From Tubulanus polymorphus (Eukaryota; Animalia; Nemertea), in assembly GCF_964204645.1 (NCBI RefSeq), contig NC_134030.1, positions 8,041,122-8,105,121 of the forward strand: 64,000 nucleotides of DNA. The letters run 5' to 3'. The notes under the pieces were generated by a model, which was not told the origin of the DNA, did not search any database, and saw only the letters and a program-made list of their open reading frames with translations. How positions within the stretch are numbered: the stretch's first letter is position 1; each line of letters begins with the position of its first letter. Shown piece after piece: positions 35,101-50,100 of the stretch. The position numbers and the translations under genes are program-made.

Positions 35101-38100
35101 AGAAGATATCCTGTAATGACAAAATATTTCAATAAGAATTAATCGTAATAATTTCATTTATATCAAGTTACCTTTTATGATTGCTGGTTTCATTATCGGC
35201 GATTATCTTATTAGCCGATTGGTTAATGAGTTCGATCCTAGTTAGCTGTGCGCTGTTCAAAGTGGTCGATTTTTTACAAGTAGTTGTTCCTAAACTGGGT
35301 TTTTTCGCAGAGTTGAAATTTAGTTGCAATGATTAAATAAAGATATCCTGCAATGACAAAATATTTCAATGAGAATTAATCGTAACAATTTCATGTATAT
35401 CAAGTTACCTTTTATGATTGCTTGGTTCGTTATCGGTGTGGATCATCTAAAGTTGTTGGGTTAATGAGTTCGATTCTGTTGGCCTCATCTGTTCGCTGTT
35501 CCAGTTGGTCGATTTTGGACGAGTAGCTGATCTCAAGCTGGCTTTCTTCTTATAGTTGAAATTTAGCTGCAATGATTAAAAAAAGATATCCTGTAATGAC
35601 AAAATATTTCAATAAGAATTAATCGTAATAATTTCATGTATATCAAGTTACCTTTTATGATTGCTTGGTTCATTATCGGCGTGGATCATCTAAAGTTGGT
35701 GGTTTAATGAGTTCGATTCTGTTGGCCTCATCTGTTCGCTGTTCCAGTTGGTCGATTTTGGACGAGTAGCTGATCTCAAGCTGGCTTTGTTCTTATAGTT
35801 GAAATTTAGCTGCAATGATTAAAAGAAGATATCCTGTAATGACAAAATATTTCAATAAGAATTAATCGTAATAATTTCATTTATATCAAGTTACCTTTTA
35901 TGATTGCTGGTTTCATTATCGGCGATTATCTTATTAGCCGATTGGTTAATGAGTTCGATCCTAGTTAGCTGTGCGCTGTTCAAAGTGGTCAATTTTTTAC
36001 AAGTAGTTGTTCTCAAACTGGGTTTTTTCGCAGGGTTGAAATTTAGTTGCAATGATTAAATAAAGATATCCTGCAATGACCAAATATTTCAATGAGAATT
36101 AATCGTAACAATTTCATGTATATCAAGTTACCTTTTATGATTGCTTGGTTCGTTATCGGTGTGGATCATCTAAAGTTGTTGGGTTAATGAGTTCGATTCT
36201 GTTGGCCTCATCTGTTCGCTGTTCCAGTTGGTCGATTTTGGACGAGTAGCTGATCTCAAGCTGGCTTTCTTCTTATAGTTGAAATTTAGCTGCAATGATT
36301 AAAAGAAGATATCCTGTAATGACAAAATATTTCAATAAGAATTAATCGTAATAATTTCATGTATATCAAGTTACCTTTTATGATTGCTGGTTTCATTATC
36401 GGTGATTATGTTATTAGTTGATTGGTTAATGAGTTCGATTCTGTTGGCCTCATCTGTTCGCTGTTCCAGTTGGTCCATTTTGGACGAGTAGCTGATCTCA
36501 AGCTGGCTTTCTTCTTATAGTTGAAATTTAGCTGCAATGATTAAAAGAAGATATCCTGTAATGACAAAATATTTCAATAAGAATAAATCGTAATAATTTC
36601 ATGTATATCAAGTTACCTTTTATGATTGCTGGTTTCATTATCGGTGATTATGTTATTAGTTGATTGGTTAATGAGTTCGATTCTAGTTGCCTGTCAGCTG
36701 TTAAAGTTGTTTTATTTTTGACGAGTAGTTGTTCTCAAACTGGGTTTTTTTCTCATAGTTGAAATTTAGCTGCAATGATCAAAAGAAGATATCGTTTAAT
36801 GACAAAATATTTCAATAAGAATTAATCGTAATAATTTCATGTATATCAAGTTACCTTTTATGATTGCTTGGTTCATTATCGGCGTGGATCATCTAAAGTT
36901 GGTGGTTTAATGAGTTCGATTCTGTTGGCCTCATCTGTTCGCTGTTCCAGTTGGTCGATTTTGGACGAGTAGCTGATCTCAAGCTGGGTTTCTTCTTATA
37001 GTTGAAATTTAGCTGCAATGATTAAAAGAAGATATCCTGTAATGACAAAATATTTCAATAAGAATTAATCGTGATAATTTCATGTATATCAAGTTACCTT
37101 TTATGATTGCTTGGTTCGTTATCGGTGTGGATCATCTAAAGTTGTTGGGTTAATGAGTTCGATTCTGTTGGCCTCATCTGTTCGCTGTTCCAGTTGGTCG
37201 ATTTTGGACGAGTAGCTGATCTCAAGCTGGCTTTCTTCTTATAGTTGAAATTTAGCTGCAATGATTAAAAGAAGATATCCTGTAATGACAAAATATTTCA
37301 ATAAGAATTAATCGTAATAATTTCATGTATATCAAGTTACCTTTTATGATTGCTTGGTTCGTTATCGGTGTGGATCATCTAAAGTTGTTGGGTTAATGAG
37401 TTCGATTCTGTTGGCCTCATCTGTTCGCTGTTCCAGTTGGTCGATTTTGGACGAGTAGCTGATCTCAAGCTGGCTTTCTTCTTATAGTTGAAATTTAGCT
37501 GCAATGATTAAAAGAAGATATCCTGTAATGACAAAATATTTCAATAAGAATTAATCGTAATAATTTCATGTATATCAAGTTACCTTTTATGATTGCTGGT
37601 TTCATTATCGGTGATTATGTTATTAGTTGATTGGTTAATGAGTTCGATTCTAGTTGCCTGTCAGCTGTTAAAGTTGGTTGATTTTTGACGAGTAGTTGTT
37701 CTCAAACTGGGTTTTTTCTCATAGTTGAAATTTAGCTGCAATGATCAAAAGAAGATATCGTTTAATGACAAAATATTTCAATAAGAATTAATCGTAATAA
37801 TTTCATGTATATCAAGTTACCTTTTATGATTGCTGGTTTCATTATCGGTGATTATGTTATTAGTTGATTGGTTAATGAGTTCGATTCTAGTTGCCTGTCA
37901 GCTGTTAAAGTTGTTTTATTTTTGACGAGTAGTTGTTCTCAAACTGGGTTTTTTTCTCATAGTTGAAATTTAGCTGCAATGATCAAAAGAAGATATCGTT
38001 TAATGACAAAATATTTCAATAAGAATTAATCGTAATAATTTCATGTATATCAAGTTACCTTTTATGATTGCTTGGTTCGTTATCGGCGTGGATGATCTAA

Positions 38101-41100
38101 AGTTGGTGCTGTTAATGAGTTCGATTCTGTTGGCCTCATCTGTTCGCTGTTCCAGTTGGTCGATTTTGGACGAGTAGCTGATCTCAAGCTGGCTTTCTTC
38201 TTATAGTTGAAATTTAGCTGCAATGATTAAAAGAAGATATCCTGTAATGACAAAATATTTCAATAAGAATTAATCGTAATAATTTCATGTATATCAAGTT
38301 ACCTTTTATGATTGCTGGTTTCATTATCGGTGATTATGTTATTAGTTGATTGGTTAATGAGTTCGATTCTGTTGGCCTCATCTGTTCGCTGTTCCAGTTG
38401 GTCCATTTTGGACGAGTAGCTGATCTCAAGCTGGGTTTCTTCTTATAGTTGAAATTTAGCTGCAATGATTAAAAGAAGATATCCTGTAATGACAAAATAT
38501 TTCAATAAGAATTAATCGTAATAATTTCATTTATATCAAGTTACCTTTTATGATTGCTGGTTTCATTATCGGCGATTATCTTATTAGTTGATTGGTTAAT
38601 GAGTTCGATCCTAGTTGGCTGTGCGCCGTTCAAGTTGGTTGATTTTTGACGAGTAGTTGTTCCCAAACTGGGTTTTTTCGTATAGTTGAAATTTAGCTGC
38701 AATGATTAAAAGAACATATTCTGTAATGACAAAATATCGCAATAAGTATTAATCGTAATAATTTCATTTATATCAAGTTACCTTTTATGATTGCTGGCTT
38801 CATTATAGGAGATTATCTTATTAGTTGATTGGTTAATGAGTTCGATTCTAGTTGCCTGTGAGCTGTTCAAGTTGGTTGATTTTTGAATAGAGTAGTTGTT
38901 CTCAAACTGTGTTTTTTGCATAGTTGAAATTTAGCTGCAATGATTAAAAGAAGATATTCTGTAATGAAAAAATATATTTCAATAAGAATTAATCGTAATA
39001 ATTTCATGTATATCAAGTTACTTTTTATGATTGCTTGGTTTCATTATCGGTGATTATGTTATTAATTGATTGGTTAATGAGTTCGATTCTAGTTGCCTGT
39101 CAGCTGTTAAAGTTGGTTGATTTTTGACGAGTAGTTGTTCTCAAACTGGGTTTTTTCTCATAGTTGAAATTTAGCTGCAATGATCAAAAGAAGATATCGT
39201 TTAATGACAAAATATTTCAATAAGAATTAATCGTAATAATTTCATGTATATCAAGTTACCTTTTATGATTGCTGGTTTCATAATCGGTGATTATGTTATT
39301 AGTTGATTGGTTAATGAGTTCGATTCTAGTTGCCTGTCAGCTGTTAAAGTTGTTTTATTTTTGACGAGTAGTTGTTCTCAAACTGGGTTTTTTTCTCATA
39401 GTTGAAATTTAGCTGCAATGATCAAAAGAAGATATCGTTTAATGACAAAATATTTCAATAAGAATTAATCGTAATAATTTCATGTATATCAAGTTACCTT
39501 TTATGATTGCTTGGTTCGTTATCGGCGTGGATGATCTAAAGTTGGTGCTGTTAATGAGTTCGATTCTGTTGGCCTCATCTGTTCGCTGTTCCAGTTGGTC
39601 GATTTTGGACGAGTAGCTGAGCTCAAGCTGGCTTTCTTCTTATAGTTGAAATTTAGCTGCAATGATTAAAAGAAGATATCCTGTAATGACAAAATATTTC
39701 AATAAGAATTAATCGTAATAATTTCATGTATATCAAGTTACCTTTTATGATTGCTGGTTTCATTATCGGTGATTATGTTATTAGTTGATTGGTTAATGAG
39801 TTCGATTCTGTTGGCCTCATCTGTTCGCTGTTCCAGTTGGTCCATTTTGGACGAGTAGCTGATCTCAAGCTGGGTTTCTTCTTATAGTTGAAATTTAGCT
39901 GCAATGATTAAAAGAAGATATCCTGTAATGACAAAATATTTCAATAAGAATTAATCGTAATAATTTCATTTATATCAAGTTACCTTTTATGATTGCTGGT
40001 TTCATTATCGGCGATTATCTTATTAGTTGATTGGTTAATGAGTTCGATCCTAGTTGGCTGTGCGCCGTTCAAGTTGGTTGATTTTTGACGAGTAGTTGTT
40101 CCCAAACTGGGTTTTTTCGTGTAGTTGAAATTTAGCTGCAATGATTAAAAGAACATATTCTGTAATGACAAAATATCGCAATAAGTATTATTCGTAATAA
40201 TTTCATTTATATCAAGTTACCTTTTATGATTGCTGGCTTCATTATAGGAGATTATCTTATTAGTTGATTGGTTAATGAGTTCGATTCTAGTTGCCTGTGA
40301 GCTGTTCAAGTTGGTTGATTTTTGAATAGAGTAGTTGTTCTCAAACTGTGTTTTTTGCATAGTTGAAATTTAGCTGCAATGATTAAAAGAAGATATTCTG
40401 TAATGAAAAAATATATTTCAATAAGAATTAATCGTAATAATTTCATGTATATCAAGTTACTTTTTATGATTGCTTGGTTTCATTATCGGTGATTATGTTA
40501 TTAATTGATTGGTTAATGAGTTCGATTCTAGTTGCCTGTGAGCTGTTCAAGTTGGTTGATTTTTGAAGAGTAGTTGTTCTCAAACTGTGTTTTTTGCATA
40601 GTTGAAATTTAGCTGCAATGATTAAAAGAAGATATTCTGTAATGAAAAAAAATATTTGAATAAGAATTAATCGTAATAATTTCATGTATATCAAGTTACT
40701 TTTTATGATTGCTTGGTTTCATTATCGGTGATTATGTTATTAATTGATTGGTTAATGAGTTCGATTCTAGTTGCCTGTGCGCTATTCAAGTTGGTTGATT
40801 TTTGACGATTAGTTGTTCTCAAACTGGGTTTTTTTGCATAGTTGAAATTTAGCTGCAATGATTAAAAGAAGATATTTTGTAATGACAAAATATTTCAATA
40901 AGAATTAATCGTAATAATTTCATGTATATCAAGTTACCTTTTATGATTGCTTGGTTCGTTATCGGCGTGGATCATCATAAGTTGGTGGGTTAATGAGTTC
41001 GATTCAGTTGGCCTCATCTGTTTGCTGTTCCAGTTGGTCGATTTTGGACGAGTAGCTGATCTCAAGCTGGGTTTCTTCTTATAGTTGAAATTTAGCTGCA

Positions 41101-44100
41101 ATGATTAAAAGAAGATATCCTGTAATGACAAAATATTTCAATAAGAATTAATCGTAATAATTTAATGTATATCAAGTTACCTTTTATGATTGCTGGTTTC
41201 ATTATCGGTGATTATGTTATTAGTTGATTGGTTAATGAGTTCGATTCTAGTTGCCTGTCAGCTGTTAAAGTTGGTTGATTTTTGACGAGTAGTTGTGCTC
41301 AAACTGGGTTTTTTCTCATAGTTGAAATTTAGCTGCAATGATCAAAAGAAGATATCGTTTAATGACAAAATATTTCAATAAGAATTAATCGTAATAATTT
41401 CATTTATATCAAGTTACCTTTTATGATTGCTGGTTTCATTATCGGTGTGGATCATCTAAAGTTGTTGGGTTAATGAGTTCGATTCTGTTGGCCTCATCTG
41501 TTCGCTGTTCCAGTTGGTCGATTTTGGACGAGTAGCTGATCTCAAGCTGGCTTTCTTCTTATAGTTGAAATTTAGCTGCAATGATTAAAAGAAGATATCC
41601 TGTAATGACAAAATATTTCAATAAGAATTAATCGTAATAATTTCATGTATATCAAGTTACCTTTTATGATTGCTGGTTTCATTATCGGTGATTATGTTAT
41701 TAGTTGATTGGTTAATGAGTTCGATTCTGTTGGCCTCATCTGTTCGCTGTTCCAGTTGGTCGATTTTGGACGAGTAGCTGATCTCAAGCTGGCTTTCTTC
41801 TTATAGTTGAAATTTAGCTGCAATGATTAAAAGAAGATATCCTGTAATGACAAAATATTTCAATAAGAATAAATCGTAATAATTTCATGTATATCAAGTT
41901 ACCTTTTATGATTGCTGGTTTCATTATCGGTGATTATGTTATTAGTTGATTGGTTAATGAGTTCGATTCTAGTTGCCTGTCAGCTGTTAAAGTTGTTTTA
42001 TTTTTGACGAGTAGTTGTTCTCAAACTGGGTTTTTTTCTCATAGTTGAAATTTAGCTGCAATGATCAAAAGAAGATATCGTTTAATGACAAAATATTTCA
42101 ATAAGAATTAATCGTGATAATTTCATGTATATCAAGTTACCTTTTATGATTGCTTGGTTCATTATCGGTGTGGATCATCTAAAGTTGTTGGGTTAATGAG
42201 TTCGATTCTGTTGGCCTCATCTGTTCGCTGTTCCAGTTGGTCGATTTTGGACGAGTAGCTGATCTCAAGCTGGCTTTCTTCTTATAGTTGAAATTTAGCT
42301 GCAATGATTAAAAGAAGATATCCTGTAATGACAAAATATTTCAATAAGAATTAATCGTAATAATTTCATGTATATCAAGTTACCTTTTATGATTGCTTGG
42401 TTCGTTATCGGTGTGGATCATCTAAAGTTGTTGGGTTAATGAGTTCGATTCTGTTGGCCTCATCTGTTCGCTGTTCCAGTTGGTCGATTTTGGACGAGTA
42501 GCTGATCTCAAGCTGGCTTTCTTCTTATAGTTGAAATTTAGCTGCAATGATTAAAAGAAGATATCCTGTAATGACAAAATATTTCAATAAGAATTAATCG
42601 TAATAATTTCATGTATATCAAGTTACCTTTTATGATTGCTGGTTTCATTATCGGTGATTATGTTATTAGTTGATTGGTTAATGAGTTCGATTCTGTTGGC
42701 CTCATCTGTTCGCTGTTCCAGTTGGTCCATTTTGGACGAGTAGCTGATCTCAAGCTGGCTTTCTTCTTATAGTTGAAATTTAGCTGCAATGATTAAAAGA
42801 AGATATCCTGTAATGACAAAATATTTCAATAAGAATTAATCGTAATAATTTCATGTATATCAAGTTACCTTTTATGATTGCTGGTTTCATTATCGGTGAT
42901 TATGTTATTAGTTGATTGGTTAATGAGTTCGATTCTAGTTGCCTGTCAGCTGTTAAAGTTGTTTTATTTTTGACGAGTAGTTGTTCTCAAACTGGGTTTT
43001 TTTCTCATAGTTGAAATTTAGCTGCAATGATCAAAAGAAGATATCGTTTAATGACAAAATATTTCAATAAGAATTAATCGTAATAATTTCATGTATATCA
43101 AGTTACCTTTTATGATTGCTTGGTTCATTATCGGCGTGGATCATCTAAAGTTGGTGGTTTAATGAGTTCGATTCTGTTGGCCTCATCTGTTCGCTGTTCC
43201 AGTTGGTCGATTTTGGACGAGTAGCTGATCTCAAGCTGGGTTTCTTCTTATAGTTGAAATTTAGCTGCAATGATTAAAAGAAGATATCCTGTAATGACAA
43301 AATATTTCAATAAGAATTAATCGTGATAATTTCATGTATATCAAGTTACCTTTTATGATTGCTTGGTTCGTTATCGGTGTGGATCATCTAAAGTTGTTGG
43401 GTTAATGAGTTCGATTCTGTTGGCCTCATCTGTTCGCTGTTCCAGTTGGTCGATTTTGGACGAGTAGCTGATCTCAAGCTGGCTTTCTTCTTATAGTTGA
43501 AATTTAGCTGCAATGATTAAAAGAAGATATCCTGTAATGACAAAATATTTCAATAAGAATTAATCGTAATAATTTCATGTATATCAAGTTACCTTTTATG
43601 ATTGCTTGGTTCGTTATCGGTGTGGATCATCTAAAGTGGTTGGGTTAATGAGTTCGATTCTGTTGGCCTCATCTGTTCGCTGTTCCAGTTGGTCGATTTT
43701 GGACGAGTAGCTGATCTCAAGCTGGCTTTCTTCTTATAGTTGAAATTTAGCTGCAATGATTAAAAGAAGATATCCTGTAATGACAAAATATTTCAATAAG
43801 AATTAATCGTAATAATTTCATGTATATCAAGTTACCTTTTATGATTGCTGGTTTCATTATCGGTGATTATGTTATTAGTTGATTGGTTAATGAGTTCGAT
43901 TCTAGTTGCCTGTCAGCTGTTAAAGTTGGTTGATTTTTGACGAGTAGTTGTTCTCAAACTGGGTTTTTTCTCATAGTTGAAATTTAGCTGCAATGATCAA
44001 AAGAAGATATCGTTTAATGACAAAATATTTCAATAAGAATTAATCGTAATAATTTCATGTATATCAAGTTACCTTTTATGATTGCTTGGTTCGTTATCGG

Positions 44101-47100
44101 CGTGGATGATCTAAAGTTGGTGCTGTTAATGAGTTCGATTCTGTTGGCCTCATCTGTTCGCTGTTCCAGTTGGTCGATTTTGGACGAGTAGCTGATCTCA
44201 AGCTGGGTTTCTTCTTATAGTTGAAATTTAGCTGCAATGATTAAAAGAAGATATCCTGTAATGACAAAATATTTCAATAAGAATTAATCGTAATAATTTC
44301 ATTTATATCAAGTTACCTTTTATGATTGCTGGTTTCATTATCGGCGATTATCTTATTAGTTGATTGGTTAATGAGTTCGATCCTAGTTGGCTGTGCGCCG
44401 TTCAAGTTGGTTGATTTTTGACGAGTAGTTGTTCCCAAACTGGGTTTTTTCGTATAGTTGAAATTTAGCTGCAATGATTAAAAGAACATATTCTGTAATG
44501 ACAAAATATCGCAATAAGTATTAATCGTAATAATTTCATTTATATCAAGTTACCTTTTATGATTGCTGGCTTCATTATAGGAGATTATCTTATTAGTTGA
44601 TTGGTTAATGAGTTCGATTCTAGTTGCCTGTGAGCTGTTCAAGTTGGTTGATTTTTGAATAGAGTAGTTGTTCTCAAACTGTGTTTTTTGCATAGTTGAA
44701 ATTTAGCTGCAATGATTAAAAGAAGATATTCTGTAATGAAAAAATATATTTCAATAAGAATTAATCGTAATAATTTCATGTATATCAAGTTACTTTTTAT
44801 GATTGCTTGGTTTCATTATCGGTGATTATGTTATTAATTGATTGGTTAATGAGTTCGATTCTAGTTGCCTGTGAGCTGTTCAAGTTGGTTGATTTTTGAA
44901 GAGTAGTTGTTCTCAAACTGTGTTTTTTGCATAGTTGAAATTTAGCTGCAATGATTGAAAGAAGATATTCTGTAATGAAAAAAAATATTTCAATAAGAAT
45001 TAATCGTAATAATTTCATGTATATCAAGTTACTTTTTATGATTGCTTGGTTTCATTATCGGTGATTATGTTATTAATTGATTGGTTAATGAGTTCGATTC
45101 TAGTTGCCTGTGCGCTATTCAAGTTGGTTGATTTTTGACGATTAGTTGTTCTCAAACTGGGTTTTTTTGCATAGTTGAAATTTAGCTGCAATGATTAAAA
45201 GAAGATATTTTGTAATGACAAAATATTTCAATAAGAATTAATCGTAATAATTTCATGTATATCAAGTTACCTTTTATGCTTGCTTGGTTCGTTATCGGCG
45301 TGGATCATCATAAGTTGGTGGGTTAATGAGTTCGATTCAGTTGGCCTCATCTGTTTGCTGTTCCAGTTGGTCGATTTTGGACGAGTAGCTGATCTCAAGC
45401 TGGGTTTCTTCTTTTAGTTGAAATTTAGCTGCAATGATTAAAAGAAGATATCCTGTAATGACAAAATATTTCAATAAGAATTAATCGTAATAATTTAATG
45501 TATATCAAGTTACCTTTTATGATTGCTGGTTTCATTATCGGTGATTATGTTATTAGTTGATTGGTTAATGAGTTCGATTCTAGTTGCCTGTCAGCTGTTA
45601 AAGTTGGTTGATTTTTGACGAGTAGTTGTGCTCAAACTGGTTTTTTTCTCATAGTTGAAATTTAGCTGCAATGATCAAAAGAAGATATCGTTTAATGACA
45701 AAATATTTCAATAAGAATTAATCGTAATAATTTCATTTATATCAAGTTACCTTTTATGATTGCTGGTTTCATTATCGGTGTGGATCATCTAAAGTTGTTG
45801 GGTTAATGAGTTCGATTCTGTTGGCCTCATCTGTTCGCTGTTCCAGTTGGTCGATTTTGGACGAGTAGCTGATCTCAAGCTGGCTTTCTTCTTATAGTTG
45901 AAATTTAGCTGCAATGATTAAAAGAAGATATCCTGTAATGACAAAATATTTCAATAAGAATTAATCGTAATAATTTCATGTATATCAAGTTACCTTTTAT
46001 GATTGCTGGTTTCATTATCGGTGATTATGTTATTAGTTGATTGGTTAATGAGTTCGATTCTGTTGGCCTCATCTGTTCGCTGTTCCAGTTGGTCGATTTT
46101 GGACGAGTAGCTGATCTCAAGCTGGCTTTCTTCTTATAGTTGAAATTTAGCTGCAATGATTAAAAGAAGATATCCTGTAATGACAAAATATTTCAATAAG
46201 AATAAATCGTAATAATTTCATGTATATCAAGTTACCTTTTATGATTGCTGGTTTCATTATCGGTGATTATGTTATTAGTTGATTGGTTAATGAGTTCGAT
46301 TCTAGTTGCCTGTCAGCTGTTAAAGTTGTTTTATTTTTGACGAGTAGTTGTTCTCAAACTGGGTTTTTTTCTCATAGTTGAAATTTAGCTGCAATGATCA
46401 AAAGAAGATATCGTTTAATGACAAAATATTTCAATAAGAATTAATCGTGATAATTTCATGTATATCAAGTTACCTTTTATGATTGCTTGGTTCATTATCG
46501 GTGTGGATCATCTAAAGTTGTTGGGTTAATGAGTTCGATTCTGTTGGCCTCATCTGTTCGCTGTTCCAGTTGGTCGATTTTGGACGAGTAGCTGATCTCA
46601 AGCTGGCTTTCTTCTTATAGTTGAAATTTAGCTGCAATGATTAAAAGAAGATATCCTGTAATGACAAAATATTTCAATAAGAATTAATCGTAATAATTTC
46701 ATGTATATCAAGTTACCTTTTATGATTGCTTGGTTCGTTATCGGTGTGGATCATCTAAAGTTGTTGGGTTAATGAGTTCGATTCTGTTGGCCTCATCTGT
46801 TCGCTGTTCCAGTTGGTCGATTTTGGACGAGTAGCTGATCTCAAGCTGGCTTTCTTCTTATAGTTGAAATTTAGCTGCAATGATTAAAAGAAGATATCCT
46901 GTAATGACAAAATATTTCAATAAGAATTAATCGTAATAATTTCATGTATATCAAGTTACCTTTTATGATTGCTTGGTTCGTTATCGGTGTGGATCATCTA
47001 AAGTGGTTGGGTTAATGAGTTCGATTCTGTTGGCCTCATCTGTTCGCTGTTCCAGTTGGTCGATTTTGGACGAGTAGCTGATCTCAAGCTGGCTTTCTTC

Positions 47101-50100
47101 TTATAGTTGAAATTTAGCTGCAATGATTAAAAGAAGATATCCTGTAATGACAAAATATTTCAATAAGAATTAATCGTAATAATTTCATGTATATCAAGTT
47201 ACCTTTTATGATTGCTGGTTTCATTATCGGTGATTATGTTATTAGTTGATTGGTTAATGAGTTCGATTCTAGTTGCCTGTCAGCTGTTAAAGTTGGTTGA
47301 TTTTTGACGAGTAGTTGTTCTCAAACTGGGTTTTTTCTCATAGTTGAAATTTAGCTGCAATGATCAAAAGAAGATATCGTTTAATGACAAAATATTTCAA
47401 TAAGAATTAATCGTAATAATTTCATGTATATCAAGTTACCTTTTATGATTGCTTGGTTCGTTATCGGCGTGGATGATCTAAAGTTGGTGCTGTTAATGAG
47501 TTCGATTCTGTTGGCCTCATCTGTTCGCTGTTCCAGTTGGTCGATTTTGGACGAGTAGCTGATCTCAAGCTGGGTTTCTTCTTATAGTTGAAATTTAGCT
47601 GCAATGATTAAAAGAAGATATCCTGTAATGACAAAATATTTCAATAAGAATTAATCGTAATAATTTCATTTATATCAAGTTACCTTTTATGATTGCTGGT
47701 TTCATTATCGGCGATTATCTTATTAGTTGATTGGTTAATGAGTTCGATCCTAGTTGGCTGTGCGCCGTTCAAGTTGGTTGATTTTTGACGAGTAGTTGTT
47801 CCCAAACTGGGTTTTTTCGCATAGTTGAAATTTAGCTGCAATGATTAAAAGAACATATTCTGTAATGACAAAATATCGCAATAAGTATTAATCGTAATAA
47901 TTTCATTTATATCAAGTTACCTTTTATGATTGCTGGCTTCATTATAGGAGATTATCTTATTAGTTGATTGGTTAAAGAGTTCGATTCTAGTTGCCTGTGA
48001 GCTGTTCAAGTTGGTTGATTTTTGAAGAGTAGTTGTTCTCAAACTGTGTTTTTTGCATAGTTGAAATTAAGCTGCAATGATTAAAAGAAGATATTTTGTA
48101 ATGACAAAATATTTCAATAAGAATTAATCGTAATAATTTCATGTATATCAAGTTACCTTTTATGATTGCTTGGTTCGTTATCGGCGTGGATCATCTAAAG
48201 TTGGTGGGTTAATGAGTTCGATTCAGTTGGCCTCATCTCTTTGCTGTTCCAGTTGGTCGATTTTGGACGAGTAGCTGATCTCAAGCTGGGTTTCTTCTTA
48301 TAGTTGAAATTTAGCTGCAATGATTAAAAGAAGATATCCTGTAATGACAAAATATTTCAATAAGAATTAATCGTAATAATTTCATGTATATCAAGTTACC
48401 TTTTATGATTGCTTGGTTCGTTATCGGCGTGGATCATCTAAAGTTGGTGGGTTAATGAGTTCGATTCAGTTGGCCTCATCTCTTTGCTGTTCCAGTTGGT
48501 CGATTTTGGACGAGTAGCTGATCTCAAGCTGGGTTTCTTCTTATAGTTGAAATTTAGCTGCAATGATTAAAAGAAGATATCCTGTAATGACAAAATATTT
48601 CAATAAGAATTAATCCTAATAATTTCATGTATATCAAGTTACTTTTTATGATTGCTTGGTTTCATTATCGGTGATTATGTTATTAATTGATTGGTTAATG
48701 AGTTCGATTCTAGTTGCCTGTGCGCTATTCAAGTTGGTTGATTTTTGACGATTAGTTGTTCTCAAACTGGGTTTTTTTGCATAGTTGAAATTTAGCTGCA
48801 ATGATTAAAAGAAGATATTTTGTAATGACAAAATATTTCAATAAGAATTAATCGTAATAATTTCATGTATATCAAGTTACCTTTTATGATTGCTTGGTTC
48901 GTTATCGGCGTGGATCATCTAAAGTTGGTGGGTTAATGAGTTCGATTCAGTTGGCCTCATCTCTTTGCTGTTCCAGTTGGTCGATTTTGGACGAGTAGCT
49001 GATCTCAAGCTGGGTTTCTTCTTATAGTTGAAATTTAGCTGCAATGATTAAAAGAAGATATCCTGTAATGACAAAATATTTCAATAAGAATTAATCGTAA
49101 TAATTTCATGTATATCAAGTTACCTTTTATGATTGCTGGTTTCATTATCGGTGATTATGTTATTAGTTGATTGGTTAATGAGTTCGATTCTAGTTGCCTG
49201 TCAGCTGTTAAAGTTGGTTGATTTTTGACGAGTAGTTGTGCTCAAACTGGGTTTTTTCTCATAGTTGAAATTTAGCTGCAATGATCAAAAGAAGATATCG
49301 TTTAATGACAAAATATTTCAATAAGAATTAATCGTAATAATTTCATGTATATCAAGTTACCTTTTATGATTGCTTGGTTCATTATCGGCGTGGATCATCT
49401 AAAGTTGGTGGTTTAATGAGTTCGATTCTGTTGGCCTCATCTGTTCGCTGTTCCAGTTGGTCGATTTTGGACGAGTAGCTGATCTCAAGCTGGCTTTCTT
49501 CTTATAGTTGAAATTTAGCTGCAATGATTAAAAGAAGATATCCTATAATGACAAAATATTTCAATAAGAATTAATCGTAATAATTTCATTTATATCAAGT
49601 TACCTTTTATGATTGCTGGTTTCATTATCGGCGATTATCTTATTAGCCGATTGGTTAATGAGTTCGATCCTAGTTAGCTGTGCGCTGTTCAAAGTGGTCG
49701 ATTTTTTACAAGTAGTTGTTCCTAAACTGGGTTTTTTTGCAGAGTTGAAATTTAGTTGCAATGATTAAATAAAGATATCCTGCAATGACAAAATATTTCA
49801 ATGAGAATTAATCGTAATAATTTCATTTATATCAAGTTACCTTTTATGATTGCTGGTTTCATTATCGGTGTGGATCATCTAAAGTTGTTGGGTTAATGAG
49901 TTCGATTCTGTTGGCCTCATCTGTTCGCTGTTCCAGTTGGTCGATTTTGGACGAGTAGCTGATCTCAAGCTGGCTTTCTTCTTATAGTTGAAATTTAGCT
50001 GCAATGATTAAAAGAAGATATCCTGTAATGACAAAATATTTCAATAAGAATTAATCGTAATAATTTCATGTATATCAAGTTACCTTTTATGATTGCTGGT